This document shows positions 1 to 10,735 of a DNA stretch of 34,989 bases, in pieces (position 1 is the stretch's first letter; each line of letters opens with the position of its first letter). A model generated the notes under the pieces. It did no database searches. It was not told where the DNA came from and saw only the letters and a program-made list of their open reading frames with translations. The position numbers and the translations under genes are program-made. Source of the DNA: Octopus bimaculoides. Lineage: Eukaryota. Where the stretch lies: assembly GCF_001194135.2 (NCBI RefSeq), contig NC_068995.1, positions 5,173,048 to 5,208,036 on the forward strand, given 5' to 3'.

Positions 1-314
1 GTTGCCAGTACCGCCTGACTGGCTCCTGTAGGATTTTCGAGCAAGATCGTTGCCAGTGCCCCTGGACTGGCTTGTGCGGGTGGCACATAAAAGACACCAT
101 TTCGAGCGTGGCCGTTTTCGTGCGGGTGACACGTAAAAGCACCCACTACACTCTCTGAGTGGTTGGCGTTAGGAAGGGCATCCAGCTGTAGAAACTCTGC
201 CAAATCAGACTGGAGCCTGGTGTTGCCATCCGGTTTCACCAGTCCTCAGTCAAATCGTCCAACCCATGCTAGCATGGAAAGCGGACGTTAAACGATGATG
301 ATGATGATGATGAT
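1..314 (+). mobile_element. Family C element (RTE-type LINE 3' end or RTE-tailed SINE), young copy truncated by the window edge
   Basis: Contains GGTTGGCGTTAGGAAGGGCATCCAGCTGTAGAAAC...CGTCCAACCCATGCTAGCATGGAAAGCGGACGTTAAACG followed by a (GAT)n tail. Very similar to the copy at 27791-28070. Confidence 0.8.
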
Positions 315-397
315 GTGTGTGTGTATATATATAAATATATGTGTTTGTGTATATATATAAATATGTGTGTGTGTGTATATATATATAAATATATGTG

Positions 398-435
<38 letters not shown>

Positions 436-511
436 TGTATATGTATGTGTGTATATATATAAATGTGTGTGTATATAAATATATGTGTGTGTGTGTGTGT
501 GTGTGTGCGTG
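315..511. repeat. Compound (TG)n/(TA)n microsatellite
   Basis: Directly visible dinucleotide runs. Source of the spurious ORFs 269..673, 288..545 and 315..677. Confidence 0.95.
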
Positions 512-633
512 TGTAGAAACTATGCCAGATTGGAACTTGGTGCAACTCTCTAGCTTACCAATTCCAGTCAAACCGTCCAACCCATGCCAGCATGGAAAGC
601 AGACACTAAATGATGATAATGCTGATGATGATC
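512..633 (+). mobile_element. Family C 3' fragment, diverged
   Basis: GTAGAAACTATGCCAGA...AAACCGTCCAACCCATGCCAGCATGGAAAGCAGACACTAAATGATGAT matches the 3' end of 1-314. Confidence 0.75.
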
Positions 634-1161
634 TTATGACAAGTGAAGCTCCTTTGATATGTTTCTTCTGCATCTAGTTACAGACACTCCCTACTCATAA
701 TCACTCCTGATGCCAAAAATACAGTAAGCTGGTGACAGGTTTATTGCGAGCCGGTGAACTACACCGTTATTGTTCACAAATGATGCTGTAAATTATACCA
801 ATAAAGGAAAATAATGCCAAAACCATGGAAAAGTTTAGAAATGACAAATAGTCTTTAAATAGTTTGGATGCTGTTTACAATTTATTTATTTTTTCAAATT
901 TTCAGTTCATTGTTAAAACTAACTAAATCAACATAACTAAATTAATTTTTACTCCTTAAAAAAAAATTTACACTGTTTAGTGACTTTTATTGCCTTCCTA
1001 TTTCCACCAATTACTACATCATTCCAGCCACTAATCAATCATTTAGCAAATGCCTTGAGACTCATAAAACTTGCTTTAACAGAACTTTTTATGATGTTAT
1101 TTTCTGAAGCAGCTGTGTGTTGTTGTTTCAATAACAGCTTTCTAGCCTAAAAACCTGTTAC

Positions 1162-1271
1162 CATATCTTCGTTTTTGTCTTCTGAAAGTAGGGTAATACC
1201 CAGGAGGATGGTATCTGTTGGAATTCATAGACTGAGGATTGTAAATCAACAAAGCATTTACCGTTTTCTAT
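1162..1271 (-). CDS. Weak candidate internal exon (phase 0 to 2), IENGKCFVDLQSSVYEFQQIPSSWVLPYFQKTKTKI
   Basis: Acceptor gaagttttcag, open frame of 110 nt, donor TG|gtaaca. Phase-compatible with candidate 3190-3266. No homology support. Confidence 0.2.
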
Positions 1272-1596
1272 CTGAAAACTTCACTAAATTGAAATATTTT
1301 GCACTGAAATTTTCCTGCTGTGAAACTATATTTCCATATGGTACATGTTTACAGCTAAGTGGACTGGTCACTGTATATAAATTGTTTATCATTCAGGCAG
1401 GTTGATAGTCTACTCATTTAACCCTTTCGATACTAACCCGGCTGAAACTGGCTCTGGCTCTGTAGTACGAATGTCATGTTTTCAAAAGTTTTGAATTAAA
1501 ATCTTCCACCAAACATTAGCCACAATTTATGTTCCTAACATAAGCAACTGCCTTTTATTCAGACCCTGTAACTAGGAAGACAATATATGAGTTGAG

Positions 1597-1813
1597 GAAG
1601 GTGGTAAGCTGGCAGAAATGTTAGCATGCCGGGAGAAATGCTTAGTGGTATTTCGTCTGTCTTTATGCTCTGAGTTCAAATTACGCTGAGGTCGACTTTA
1701 CCTTTCATTCTTTCAGGGTTGATAAATTAAGTACCAGTTGCACACTGGAGTAAATCTAATCAACTGGCTACTTCCTCAAACATTTTGTGCCTTGTGCCTA
1801 GTATACAAAAGAA
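1597..1813 (+). mobile_element. Family B tRNA-derived SINE
   Basis: Head GGTAAGCTGGCAGAAATGTTAGC (A-box-like), GAGTTCAAATT (B-box-like), core GATAAATTAAGTACCAGTTGCACACTGG. Homologous to 21947-22171 and the reverse copies. Confidence 0.8.
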
Positions 1814-2155
1814 TGAGTTGAGGAAGGTTTAACTGTTATTTCTAACATATCAAGAGTCGTAAGAATATCATTGACAGTCTTTGAGAATCATTAGTCTAAA
1901 CCAACTCATAATGTATTCCTAGGTTGATGTATTCACTTTCAAGAATCTCATGTTAGATATTACCAAAAGATGACCCCAATTTCCAAGAACAAAAATCTGT
2001 TCACCATCCTCATCATGGAAACTTAATTTTCAAAAATTGCAGAATAAAATTGAATTTAAGAGTTTTCTTCTGAAGAGATTGACTGAAAAATAATGTCAGA
2101 CATTTTTCAAACACTGCTACCGTTACTACTGCTACACTAAATAAATAAATACATA

Positions 2156-2188
<33 letters not shown>

Positions 2189-2423
2189 AATAAAGTAAAA
2201 GAAATAATATTATTGGTTGATATTATTATTAAAATTATCTATTTGTTCTCTGACGTCTGTGTGTGCATACACACCTGAACACACACATTATTATGCATAT
2301 ACATACATACATACATACATATATATGAATACATACAAACGTGTGTGTGTGTACACTTTGCATAAACACACACATAAATATATGTGTGTGTAAATATATA
2401 TATATTTGCACACACTGATATAC

Positions 2424-2485
<62 letters not shown>

Positions 2486-2850
2486 CACATACACACACAC
2501 ATACATACATGCAGAAATTGACATATGTGCTTGTGTGCATGTGTGTATCTGTGTTTGTGTGCACGTGTGTGCATCTGTGCGCCTTAATTATAAATATTTT
2601 AGTATATTTTTCAAACTCTGTTCAAATGTATTGAATGATTAACATTTAAATATTAAAACCCCCACAAGGCATAATTAACATATGAATAAAGTTTAAAGTA
2701 TGTCTATGGCTGGTTATTGTGTTTTGATTAAATAATAATGACATATCTACAGACAGATAACCGGTTGCATGAAGAATATATTGGACTGGTAGAATTTCAC
2801 CTGGAGGAGGTTAGATGGTGGCACAAGGAAGCATTCTGCTCTATCTTCTG

Positions 2851-3076
2851 TCTTTTACTCGTTTCAGCCATTAGAGTGTGGCCAGGCTACGGCTATGCTG
2901 GGGCACCGCCTTGAAGAGTTTTTAGTCGAATGAATCAACTCCAGTACTTTTTTACCTTTTTCAAGCTTATTCTATCAGTCTCTTTTGTTGGATTGCTAAG
3001 TGATAGGGATGCGAACACACCAAAACCGGTTGTCAACTAGTGGTGGAAGACAAACATAGACACACACACACACATA
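2851..3076 (-). mobile_element. Family A SINE, 3' half
   Basis: Reverse complement contains GATAGAATAAG...AAGTACTGGAG...CAAGGCGGTGCCCCAGCATAGCC...GGCTGAAACGAGTAAAAGA, matching the 3' half of 8737-9152. Confidence 0.75.
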
Positions 3077-3189
3077 GAGCCATCTAAGAATGCACAAGTC
3101 AGAAAAAATACACACTCATATATTTACCAAGAGAATGAATATATCAATTGATGTGTGCAGTACTATATATCCAATATGGCTGATCTTAC

Positions 3190-3266
3190 CCCTATTACAA
3201 AACTGATTGGTAAGATTGGCCGTAATGCATCCTTATTTTTCCAATCATTATATACATGAACTACCA
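3190..3266 (-). CDS. Weak candidate internal exon (phase 1 to 0), (V)VVHVYNDWKNKDALRPILPISFVIG
   Basis: Acceptor cttttgaagttcag, strong donor GGG|gtaaga, 77-nt open frame whose phase fits directly after exon 5396-5517. No homology support. Confidence 0.25.
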
Positions 3267-3525
3267 CTGAACTTCAAAAGCTCAAAGACAATATAATGTA
3301 TTGGTATAGTTATTTTTTTATATATTATTTTTTTTATATATTATTTTCTTCATTTTGTACTTCTTTGTAAAAAACATTTTCATTCTCCTTCTTGAAAATT
3401 TGCTTCACAATGAAAGCCGGTTAGAAATCTTTATTAAAACATGCTTCCAATTTAGCATTCTGCCTTATTCTTCATTTCCTTATTATTTCTCCACGTGCGG
3501 TTAACACAACCTCACTATTTACTGA

Positions 3526-3562
<37 letters not shown>

Positions 3563-3843
3563 ATAGGCACAACTGTATATATATTTATAGATAGGTATAT
3601 AGATATATATCTATGGCTATATACACACAACACATTCCTACACATTAGTATATAGACATGCATATACATATAAAGATATATAAGCATCCGGTTACATTAA
3701 TACAAACTATTAGAACGTATCTGCATGTTTGAGTGTGTATATGGATCAACACAATATATACATACATGTAACATGTGTATGTGTAGACATATACACATGC
3801 ATATCAACATATAAGTATATATATGTGTGTGTGTCTGTGTGTG

Positions 3844-3903
<60 letters not shown>

Positions 3904-4633
3904 ATCACCCATATACCATAAAATAGATTATAGGGAAATATCAATGTGTGTGTGAATATATATATATATATGCAAACATACACACATGTATATATATGTG
4001 TGTGTGTGTACACATGTATATACATATACATGTGTATATGCATGCATACATGCAATACACATCATGTGTACACACGCACATACACACACACACATATGTG
4101 TGTGTATATATATATGTGTGTGTATATATATATGTGTGTATATATATGCACAGATGTTCACATACGTCTGCAATAAAGTTTTACATACAATAAATATATT
4201 TAAAAAATTTTTTTTATATTATTCATCTTTTGTTGCGAAGCAAAAGTTGAATAACAATTTGTAAAAACAAAATTCTAAAAAATATTTTTGAAAACATAAT
4301 TTGTAGCAGGAAAATCTCACGAAAATATCGAATCATAGTTCTGATCTTTTAACACTCGATTCTTAATCTATTTGATATTTTCAATAAAATTCCATAATTC
4401 CTGAAAACAAATGGAAAAAATGCTAGTTTCTGATATTTTTTCCAAACAATCTTCCTGCAATTGGTAAAAACCTACCCAAAATTCTTATTCTTCTTTGTGG
4501 AAAGACAAACAATGTAGGTGTGAATGAAAGTTTTAAATAATACACACTGAAGATTTTTCTTGCAAATATTTAATATAGAGGGTGTTAGATGATAAATTCA
4601 GTTGTGTAATGGAAAAAAATGTCTAACTTGCTG

Positions 4634-4831
4634 TACAAGGGGGTGCTGAAAAGTTCCTGGCTTTAAGAGTATCATGATGGGCTTGGTTGGAGGCCCAGCC
4701 TTCTGAGTTCTTTTACAGGGCTTAGAAAAACTGAAAGACTGATGTAATAAGTGTGGAATCTGAGAGGGGGAATATGTTGGATAAAATCATAATTAACCGA
4801 TCCTCCTGTATTTTGTTTTACCCAATGCCAG
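4634..4831 (+). mobile_element. Mariner-derived internally deleted element (MITE-like), right TIR truncated
   Basis: TA then CAAGGGGGTGCTGAAAAGTTCCTGGCTTT (TIR-like). Frameshifted translation WLEAQPSEFF/LQGLEKLKD*CNKC..GEYV resembles the mariner transposase C-terminus (FY..GI.KL..RW.KC...GEYVE). Only aatgccag remains of the right TIR. Confidence 0.7.
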
Positions 4832-4990
4832 TGTTGCATGTCCGGTCCACTTAAGAGTACCCTTGATGCATCAGGCGATATGATATGCTTGAGAAGATCT
4901 GTTGGGTCAAGTAAAACCAAAATCGTAGCTGTGGCCAGTGCCCCCTGACTGGCTCCCATTCTGGTGGCATGTAAAATGCATCATCTGAAT
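4826..4990 (+). mobile_element. Family C / RTE internal fragment abutting the mariner MITE
   Basis: GGCGATATGATATGCTTGAGAAGATCTG...TCGTAGCTGTGGCCAGTGCCCCCTGACTGGCTCC...GGTGGCATGTAAAA shares the CTGACTGGC and GGTGGCAYRTAAAA motifs with 1-314. Confidence 0.6.
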
Positions 4991-5022
4991 ACATATATAT
5001 ATATATACACATATACATATAC

Positions 5023-5087
<65 letters not shown>

Positions 5088-5215
5088 AGCTAGATCTGAC
5101 AGAAATAACAGCTAAATTTCCGTTAAAACGCAAAGTATTATTAAGAAATATTTGTTAATGTGATCTCAGATACATTGATTCTGGAGAAAATATTGGATAG
5201 TTATGACTGGAATAT
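5088..5215 (+). mobile_element. Family D repeat fragment
   Basis: GACAGAAATAACAGCTAAAT... resembles the AGAAATAGCAGCCAAA head seen at 22375, 26160 and 33301. Confidence 0.5.
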
Positions 5216-5395
5216 TTTTTTAGTTTTTACCTGAGGTTTTGCTTGCTCAAGTTTTAACTGTCTACACAACAACAACAACAACAGGAATAACGGTAATAGC
5301 AACAACAACAACAACAGGAATAACGGTAATAGCAACAACAACAACAATAACAAGAAGCCAATCTAATGCTGCGTCAAGAAGTGTTGATTACTCAC

Positions 5396-5517
5396 CGTCT
5401 AACTTATTAGTACACAAGAAAGATAATCCTGAATCCATTGCTTGCCATAATAGTTTGACATTATTTGGACAATTTGGCCACTCATTTTTGGCACAATGTA
5501 GAGCATTCACCGTCACA
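5396..5517 (-). CDS. Internal coding exon (122 nt, phase 2 to 1): VTVNALHCAKNEWPNCPNNVKLLWQAMDSGLSFLCTNKLD; Cys-containing, probably extracellular protein, family unidentified
   Basis: Long polypyrimidine acceptor ttttcttcttcttcttctttacag, consensus donor G|gtgagt, a continuous open frame of 40 codons in unique non-repetitive sequence, and a protein-like composition with three Cys. Confidence 0.75.
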
Positions 5518-5949
5518 CTGTAAAGAAGAAGAAGAAGAAAAAGAAAAAGTTAAAAATATGAAAACAGAACAAAACAAAATAGAAACAATTTTTGATTTCA
5601 GTTTTTTTCTTTGTTTTTTTTTTTTCAGTTGTCAAGAATTAACTTTACTGAGGCTGCAGGGAAGGTCACTAGTTGGATTTCGATAGAGGGGAAGGGGGGG
5701 GACACAAGGGATTGGCTATGACTGAGATGCAAGCTGGGTTTACTGTGTGAGTGGGTGCGGGTCTGATGTTGAAGGACTCGATATGAAATCCCCTTAGAGT
5801 TCAAAAGCATCACCAATGATGCATCCCAGAACATCTGTGAGATGTATCTTGAAACTTTAATGAATGAAAAAGAAAAAAAAAAAGTAAAAAGCAACAGCTA
5901 AATGCTGGTGTTGTAACTGTCGTGGTTGTAGTAATATCTGCTTTTGTAT

Positions 5950-6443
5950 TATTATTACTATTATTACTATTATTATTATTATTATCATTATTTTCATATA
6001 CACACAACAGATTAGATTTTTTTGTTGGAAAAGAAAAGAATTCTAACAACGGGCTACAACAATTAACCTTAGATGCCAAGGACCCTCCTGAGTATCCTAG
6101 CTGTCCCTAATAACACTGTTTTCTGGAGCTGTAGTAAACAGGGTTTTGTGCCTATTTCCTCTATCCATCTGTTCAAATCTTTAGGGATAGTTCCTAATGC
6201 ACCTATAACTACTGCGATACTTTTTACCTGCACTTTCCATAGTCTCTGTTAATTCAATGGCTAGGTTCTGGCACTTTGCTATTCTTTCTATACCTCTCAT
6301 ATTGATTTTTTCATCATTTGGGACTATAATGTCAATTATCTGGCACTTTCTATTCTCTTTACTACTACTACTACTACTAAACCAGGCCTTCTAGCTTCTA
6401 TTACTCTGTCAGTCTGAATGTTGAAGTCCCACAACATCTTGCC
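5950..6443 (-). mobile_element. 5'-truncated R4/Dong-clade non-LTR retrotransposon (restriction-like endonuclease C-terminus, 3' UTR, (TAA)n tail)
   Basis: With two frameshifts it translates KMLWDFNIQTDRVIEARRPGLVVVVVV/KENRKCQIIDIIVPND...NLAIELT/RLWKVQVKSIAVVIGALGTIPKDLNRWIEEIG...LQKTVLLGTARILRRVLGI* (stop at 6069-6071). This is the RPD..D..VP and V.GALG..LQK..LLGT.RI motif set of RLE elements. The 3' end runs into (AAT)n. Confidence 0.85.
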
Positions 6444-6697
6444 TTGTAAGTGGATTTGGTAGACAAAAACTGTGTGGAAGCCCTTCATGTGCGTTCGTAT
6501 TTGTCCTGACACTCCTTGAAAACTAGAGATGGTTTGTTTATGTTCTGTAACTTAAAAATTTGGCAAAAGAGATTGACAGAAGTACTTGACTTAAAAGAAT
6601 AAGCACAGGTATCAATTTATTTTACTAAAACCCTTCATGGCAGTGCCCCAGCATGGCTGCAGTCCAATGACTGAAACAAGTAAAAGAATAAAAGAAA
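6441..6697 (+). mobile_element. Family A SINE, 5'-truncated
   Basis: GCCTTGTAAGTGGATTTGGTAGAC...GAAGCCC...GTGCCCCAGCATGGCTGCAGTCCAATGACTGAAACAAGTAAAAGA. Confidence 0.75.
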
Positions 6698-7325
6698 AAT
6701 ATTTATAGTCCATAGAAGTATCTTTTCTCTAGAATATACCAATGTCTATCTTTATAGGTGAACTGTCAATGTCTATAGAAATAGTTGACTATCAGTCTGG
6801 TGCCAAGTAAAAATGGTATGTTAGACCCATTCATTAACCACCATAATTTCAATGTTAATTCAACATTTAGGTTGACATTATTTCTTAGATTTTCAACTCA
6901 TTCCTACTCTCCATTATCGTGATTTGGTATTTACTATATCAATAATTACGACACCATTGTTATTCTTGTCATAGAAAATGTTATTAGGTACCTTTACCAT
7001 TTGTTTGCAGCAGTTTCAAGTGATTGTCTAGAGTACCTCTAAGTGTGTGTATGTGTGTGTGCGTGTGTGTGTGCGTGTGTGTGCGTGTGTGTGTGCGTGT
7101 GTGTGTATGCAACAAAGTCTTATAGGAATTTGGTATAGTGTTTCTGTATCCATTACACTGAATTTATTTCGTTCTGGGCTTTCTTTTATTGTTTCTGGTG
7201 TTATTATAGAGTCTTTTTTTTGTCTGTTTATTGCGTATTAGATGTATAGAGTATATATATATATATATATTAATGTAATTTACTGTATATTCAATATATA
7301 TATATTTTATTGTATATTTGATGTC

Positions 7326-7705
7326 TTTTCTTTTACACTTGTTTCAGTCATTAGATTGTGGCCAAGCTGGGGTACTGCCTTGAAGAATTTTTAGTCAAAT
7401 GAATCAGCCTCACCCCCCGTACTTTATTTGTTCTATCGATCTCTTTTGCCGAACCGCTAAGCTGCGGGAACATAAACATACTGACACCTGTTGTCAAGCA
7501 GTGGTAAGGGACAAATAAAGACACACACACGCACACACACACACACATATATATATATGATGATGGGCTTCTTTCAGTTCCCATCTACCAAATCCACTCA
7601 TGAGGCTTTGATCGGCCCAAGGCTATAGCAGAAGACACTTACCCAAGGTGCCTTGCAGTGGAATTGAACCCAGAGCCATGTAGGAAGCAAGCTTCTTATC
7701 ACACA
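7326..7705 (-). mobile_element. Family A tRNA-derived SINE, near full length
   Basis: Reverse complement runs GGCTGTGTGATAAGAAGCTTGCTTCC...GGGTTCAATTCC...GAGTGGATTTGGTAGATGG, a central (TA)/(TG) run, then ...AATGACTGAAACAAGTGTAAAAG. Confidence 0.85.
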
Positions 7706-8264
7706 GCCTGCAATAGTTTATTAGATGATGATGATGGTTGCCCCATGGAAGTTGTGTAGCACAGGGTGATTACAAAGGATGCATGTTGTGTGGGCTGTGC
7801 TATAGCTCTGGGCAGTATGATTATCATTACAACTAGTATTAGCAATGGTAAACATAGTAACATATTATTATTGTTATTATTATAATTATTACTAGTTGTA
7901 GTAACTGACAAAAATTCCGGTTAGATTTGGTAGCATCTCATTAATTTTCATTCCAATTAAAAATTTTCCAAACCACATCTGCATATAAATTATAATCATC
8001 TGTCAACACTAACCCAACAACAAAAATATTGCCTCTCCTTTGATTACAGCTAAAAATTGAAGTGTAAAATACATACACACACAAAAACACACATATATAT
8101 ACATATATGTATAAATATACATACATATATATATATATATATATGCATATATATATATATATATATGCATATCTATATATACATATATATGTATATATAC
8201 ATATATATCTATATATACGTATATATATGCATACATATATATATATGTATGTATGTATAAAATG

Positions 8265-8665
8265 GAATATATCTTCAGTCTTTCCCTTGTCTCATTAAAA
8301 TGCAGTTTTGCTCCTTGCATTTCTTGGAAGGTTTTTATTTGGACAAATTGGTCTCGGTACTTTTCGCTTTTAAGCTCGGTACTTATGTACTTATTCCATC
8401 AGTCTTTCTTTGCCAAACCTCAAAGTTTCAGGAATGTAAACAAATCATCATTTGTCAAGTGGTGGTGGTGGACAAACACACACACACACATGTATATACA
8501 CACAACAAATTTCTATCACTTTCCATCTACCATATCCACTCACAAAGCTTTGGTTGGCCCAAGGATATAATAGAAGACATTTTCCCAAGGTGACACATGG
8601 TAGGACTGAACTCAGAACCATGTGGTTCTGAAGGAAACTTCTTACCACACAGCCACACCTGTGCC
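8265..8665 (-). mobile_element. Family A SINE, near full length, diverged 3' half
   Basis: Reverse complement head GGCTGTGTGGTAAGAAG...GGTTCTGAGTTCAGTCC...TGTGAGTGGATATGGTAG; tail with GAATAAGTAC...AAGTACCGAG. Confidence 0.75.
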
Positions 8666-8736
8666 CATGTATGCAGTGTGTGAAAATCTGTGTTTCCTTG
8701 TGTGTATACATGTCTATATGTATGTTTATGTATATA

Positions 8737-9152
8737 GGCACATGTATGGTTGTGTGGTAAGAAGCTTGCTTCCCAACCACATGGTTCTGGGTTCAGTCCC
8801 ACTCTGTGACACCTTGGGCAAGTGTCTTCTATAGCCTCAGGCTGACCAAAGCCTTGTGAGTGGATTTGGTGGACAGAAACTGAAAAAAGCCCTTCATATA
8901 TATTTATATGTATATATATCTATGCACATGTGTCTTTGTGTCCGTGTTTGTCCCTCCATCATCACTTGACAACTGGTGTTGGTGTGTTTACATTCTTGTA
9001 GCTTAACAGTTCAGCAAAGGAGACTGATAGAATAAGTACCAGGCTTAAAACTGCACAAGTACTGGGGTCAATTTCTTTGAGTAAAGTTTCTCAAGGCGTT
9101 GCCCCAGCATGGCCACAGTCTAATGACTGAAACAAGTAAAAGATAAAAGATA
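8737..9152 (+). mobile_element. Family A tRNA-derived SINE, full length
   Basis: Head GTTGTGTGGTAAGAAGCTTGCTTCCCAACCACATGGTTCTGGGTTCAGTCCC (A/B-box-like), central microsatellite, core GAATAAGTACCAGG...GTACTGGGGTCAAT, end ATGACTGAAACAAGTAAAAGATAAAAG. Confidence 0.9.
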
Positions 9153-9196
9153 ACAACAACAACAACAACAATAATAATAATAATAATGATAATAAT

Positions 9197-9411
9197 CCTT
9201 TTCTACTGGAAGCACAAAGCCTCAAATTTAGGACAAAGGATTAAGTCAATTATATTGACCCCAGTGCGTAACTGGTACTTATTTAATCAACCCCGAAAGG
9301 ATGGAAGGGAAAGTTGACCCCGGCAGAATTTGAACTCAGAATGCAGTGGCAGATGAAATACCATTAAGCATTTCGCCCAGCGTGTTAACGATTCTGCTAG
9401 CTTGCTACCTT
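9197..9411 (-). mobile_element. Family B SINE, full length
   Basis: Reverse complement of the 1597-1813 family, flanked by (AAT)n and (GAT)n tracts. Confidence 0.85.
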
Positions 9412-9479
9412 AAAAATAATAATGATGATGAGGATGATGATGATGATGATGATAATTCTTGTTGATAGTAACTTCAAAG

Positions 9480-9960
9480 TTTTGCTAGTGGTAGCTTATT
9501 GAAATTGTAAATTTGGAAGGTGCTGGAAGGGCCTAAGAGGGACTGTGGTTGGAGGATTTCAGTACTGTAATACATTACTGAGGAAAGGATGGAATTAATC
9601 AAAATTGGGAACAGAATTAACAATCCACGGAAGTGTCTTTGGTTGAAGAAATGGCAGCGGCTAGAATTTAAATTGGTCCAACTGTGAGTGCAAGGGGAGG
9701 GGTAGGGGTTAATGTGAAATAGAAGTTAGGGTAGGTACAAGAAAAATTAAGGGGTTTGAACTAGAGGGGGAAAATCCAGTGGTGTGTGCTTAGACGAATG
9801 GAATGATTCAATGTAAGTACGAGAGTTAATTGATTAAAAATGGCAGCAGATTTAAGAGAAATGGCATTTGTTATAAATAACTGAAGAGCTAGAGAAGGCA
9901 GCTGTAGATCTATAAAAGATGTCTACCTTAGATTAAATTTACAGTTAGAGATTTGGAAAA
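9480..9960 (-). mobile_element. Possible highly decayed LINE 3' region (CR1/L2/Jockey-like)
   Basis: Non-repetitive, relatively G-rich block whose reverse complement only loosely recalls LINE ORF2 C-termini. All frames are interrupted. Confidence 0.25.
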
Positions 9961-9989
9961 GATTTCATTATTTAAAGAAAATCGTTAAG

Positions 9990-10152
9990 ATGTATTAAGC
10001 AGTAAATCTCTTTTGGATATAAGCTACTGTCTTTCAAAAGAAGGATTCATTAGGAAATGTAGTCCCTGATATACAGAGAGACAGGATGGCCATGGCTGGA
10101 GTTCCTCTGATTTTATGTATACTCAATCTGGACAGACTTGGGGTTAAATAAC
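9990..10152 (+). mobile_element. Family D repeat, diverged
   Basis: AAGCAGTAAATCTC...AATGTAGTCCCTGAT...GGATGGCCATGGCTGG...ACTTGGGGTTAAATAACAAC; the 3' end matches ACCTGGGGTTAAACAA at about 33470. Confidence 0.55.
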
Positions 10153-10452
10153 AACAGCAATGCCTAGAACAAGATTAATCACAAAAAAATATGGAAATGG
10201 TTATAGTAACAACATCCAAACCCACGACAGCAAAATCAACAATTAAAAACAATTAAAATAGCAATCATAAGAGCAACATCAACAGCAACAAGAACAACAA
10301 TGAATATGAGGACCAGGAACAACAACAACAACAACAACAACAACCAGAATGACATCAGAACACAGCAACAACCAAATTGATACCAAAATAACAACAGCCA
10401 AAACAAGAGCAAAAACAAGATCGACATGACTGGAAATAATGTTTTGATACGT

Positions 10453-10735
10453 GGCAAATATCTTCTACTATAGCCTTGGGCCAACTAAAATCTTGTGAGT
10501 GGATTTGGAAGATGGAAACTGAAAGAAGCCCAATGTGTATATATATGTGTGTGTCTTTGCGTTTGTGTTTGTCCCCCCACCCTTGCATCCCCTTAACTTA
10601 GTGGTTCAGTAAAGAGATCGATAAAATAAGTACCAGGTTTAAAAAAGAAGCAGTGGGGTCAATCTATTCAACTAAAAATCCAAGGTGTTGCCCCAGCATG
10701 GCCACAATCTAATGACTGAAAGCAAGTAAAAGAAA
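10453..10735 (+). mobile_element. Family A SINE, 5'-truncated with an internal deletion
   Basis: TCTTCTACTATAGCCTTGGG...TGTGAGTGGATTTGG...AATAAGTACCAGG...GTGGGGTCAATC...CCCCAGCATGGCCACAATCTAATGACTGAAAGCAAGTAAAAG. Confidence 0.8.

Noticed and set aside
728-870. Minus-strand frame SKLFKDYLSFLNFSMVLALFSFIGIIYSII, superficially like a P5-ATPase membrane segment
   Set aside because: Purine-rich acceptor, in-frame stop shortly after, and no other ATPase exons in the window.
4370-4400. Strong minus-strand acceptor giving GIMEFY* after exon 5396-5517
   Set aside because: Stops after six codons. It cannot be excluded as a terminal exon, but nothing favours it over the other candidates.
5268-5345. 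33-bp tandem duplication next to the 5396 donor; also a 24-bp duplication at about 19610-19660 and a 19-bp one at about 25355/25443
   Set aside because: Ordinary slippage duplications within microsatellite fields.
5629-5748. Plus-strand exon after a strong poly-T acceptor, with a gtgagt donor
   Set aside because: Stops in all three frames; no supporting plus-strand gene.
6758-6815. Plus-strand exon-like segment (tctttatag|G...ATG|gtatgt)
   Set aside because: All three frames contain stops.
9695-9735. G-quadruplex (GGGGAGGGGTAGGGG...GGG)
   Set aside because: The fourth G-tract is about 20 nt away; no functional context.
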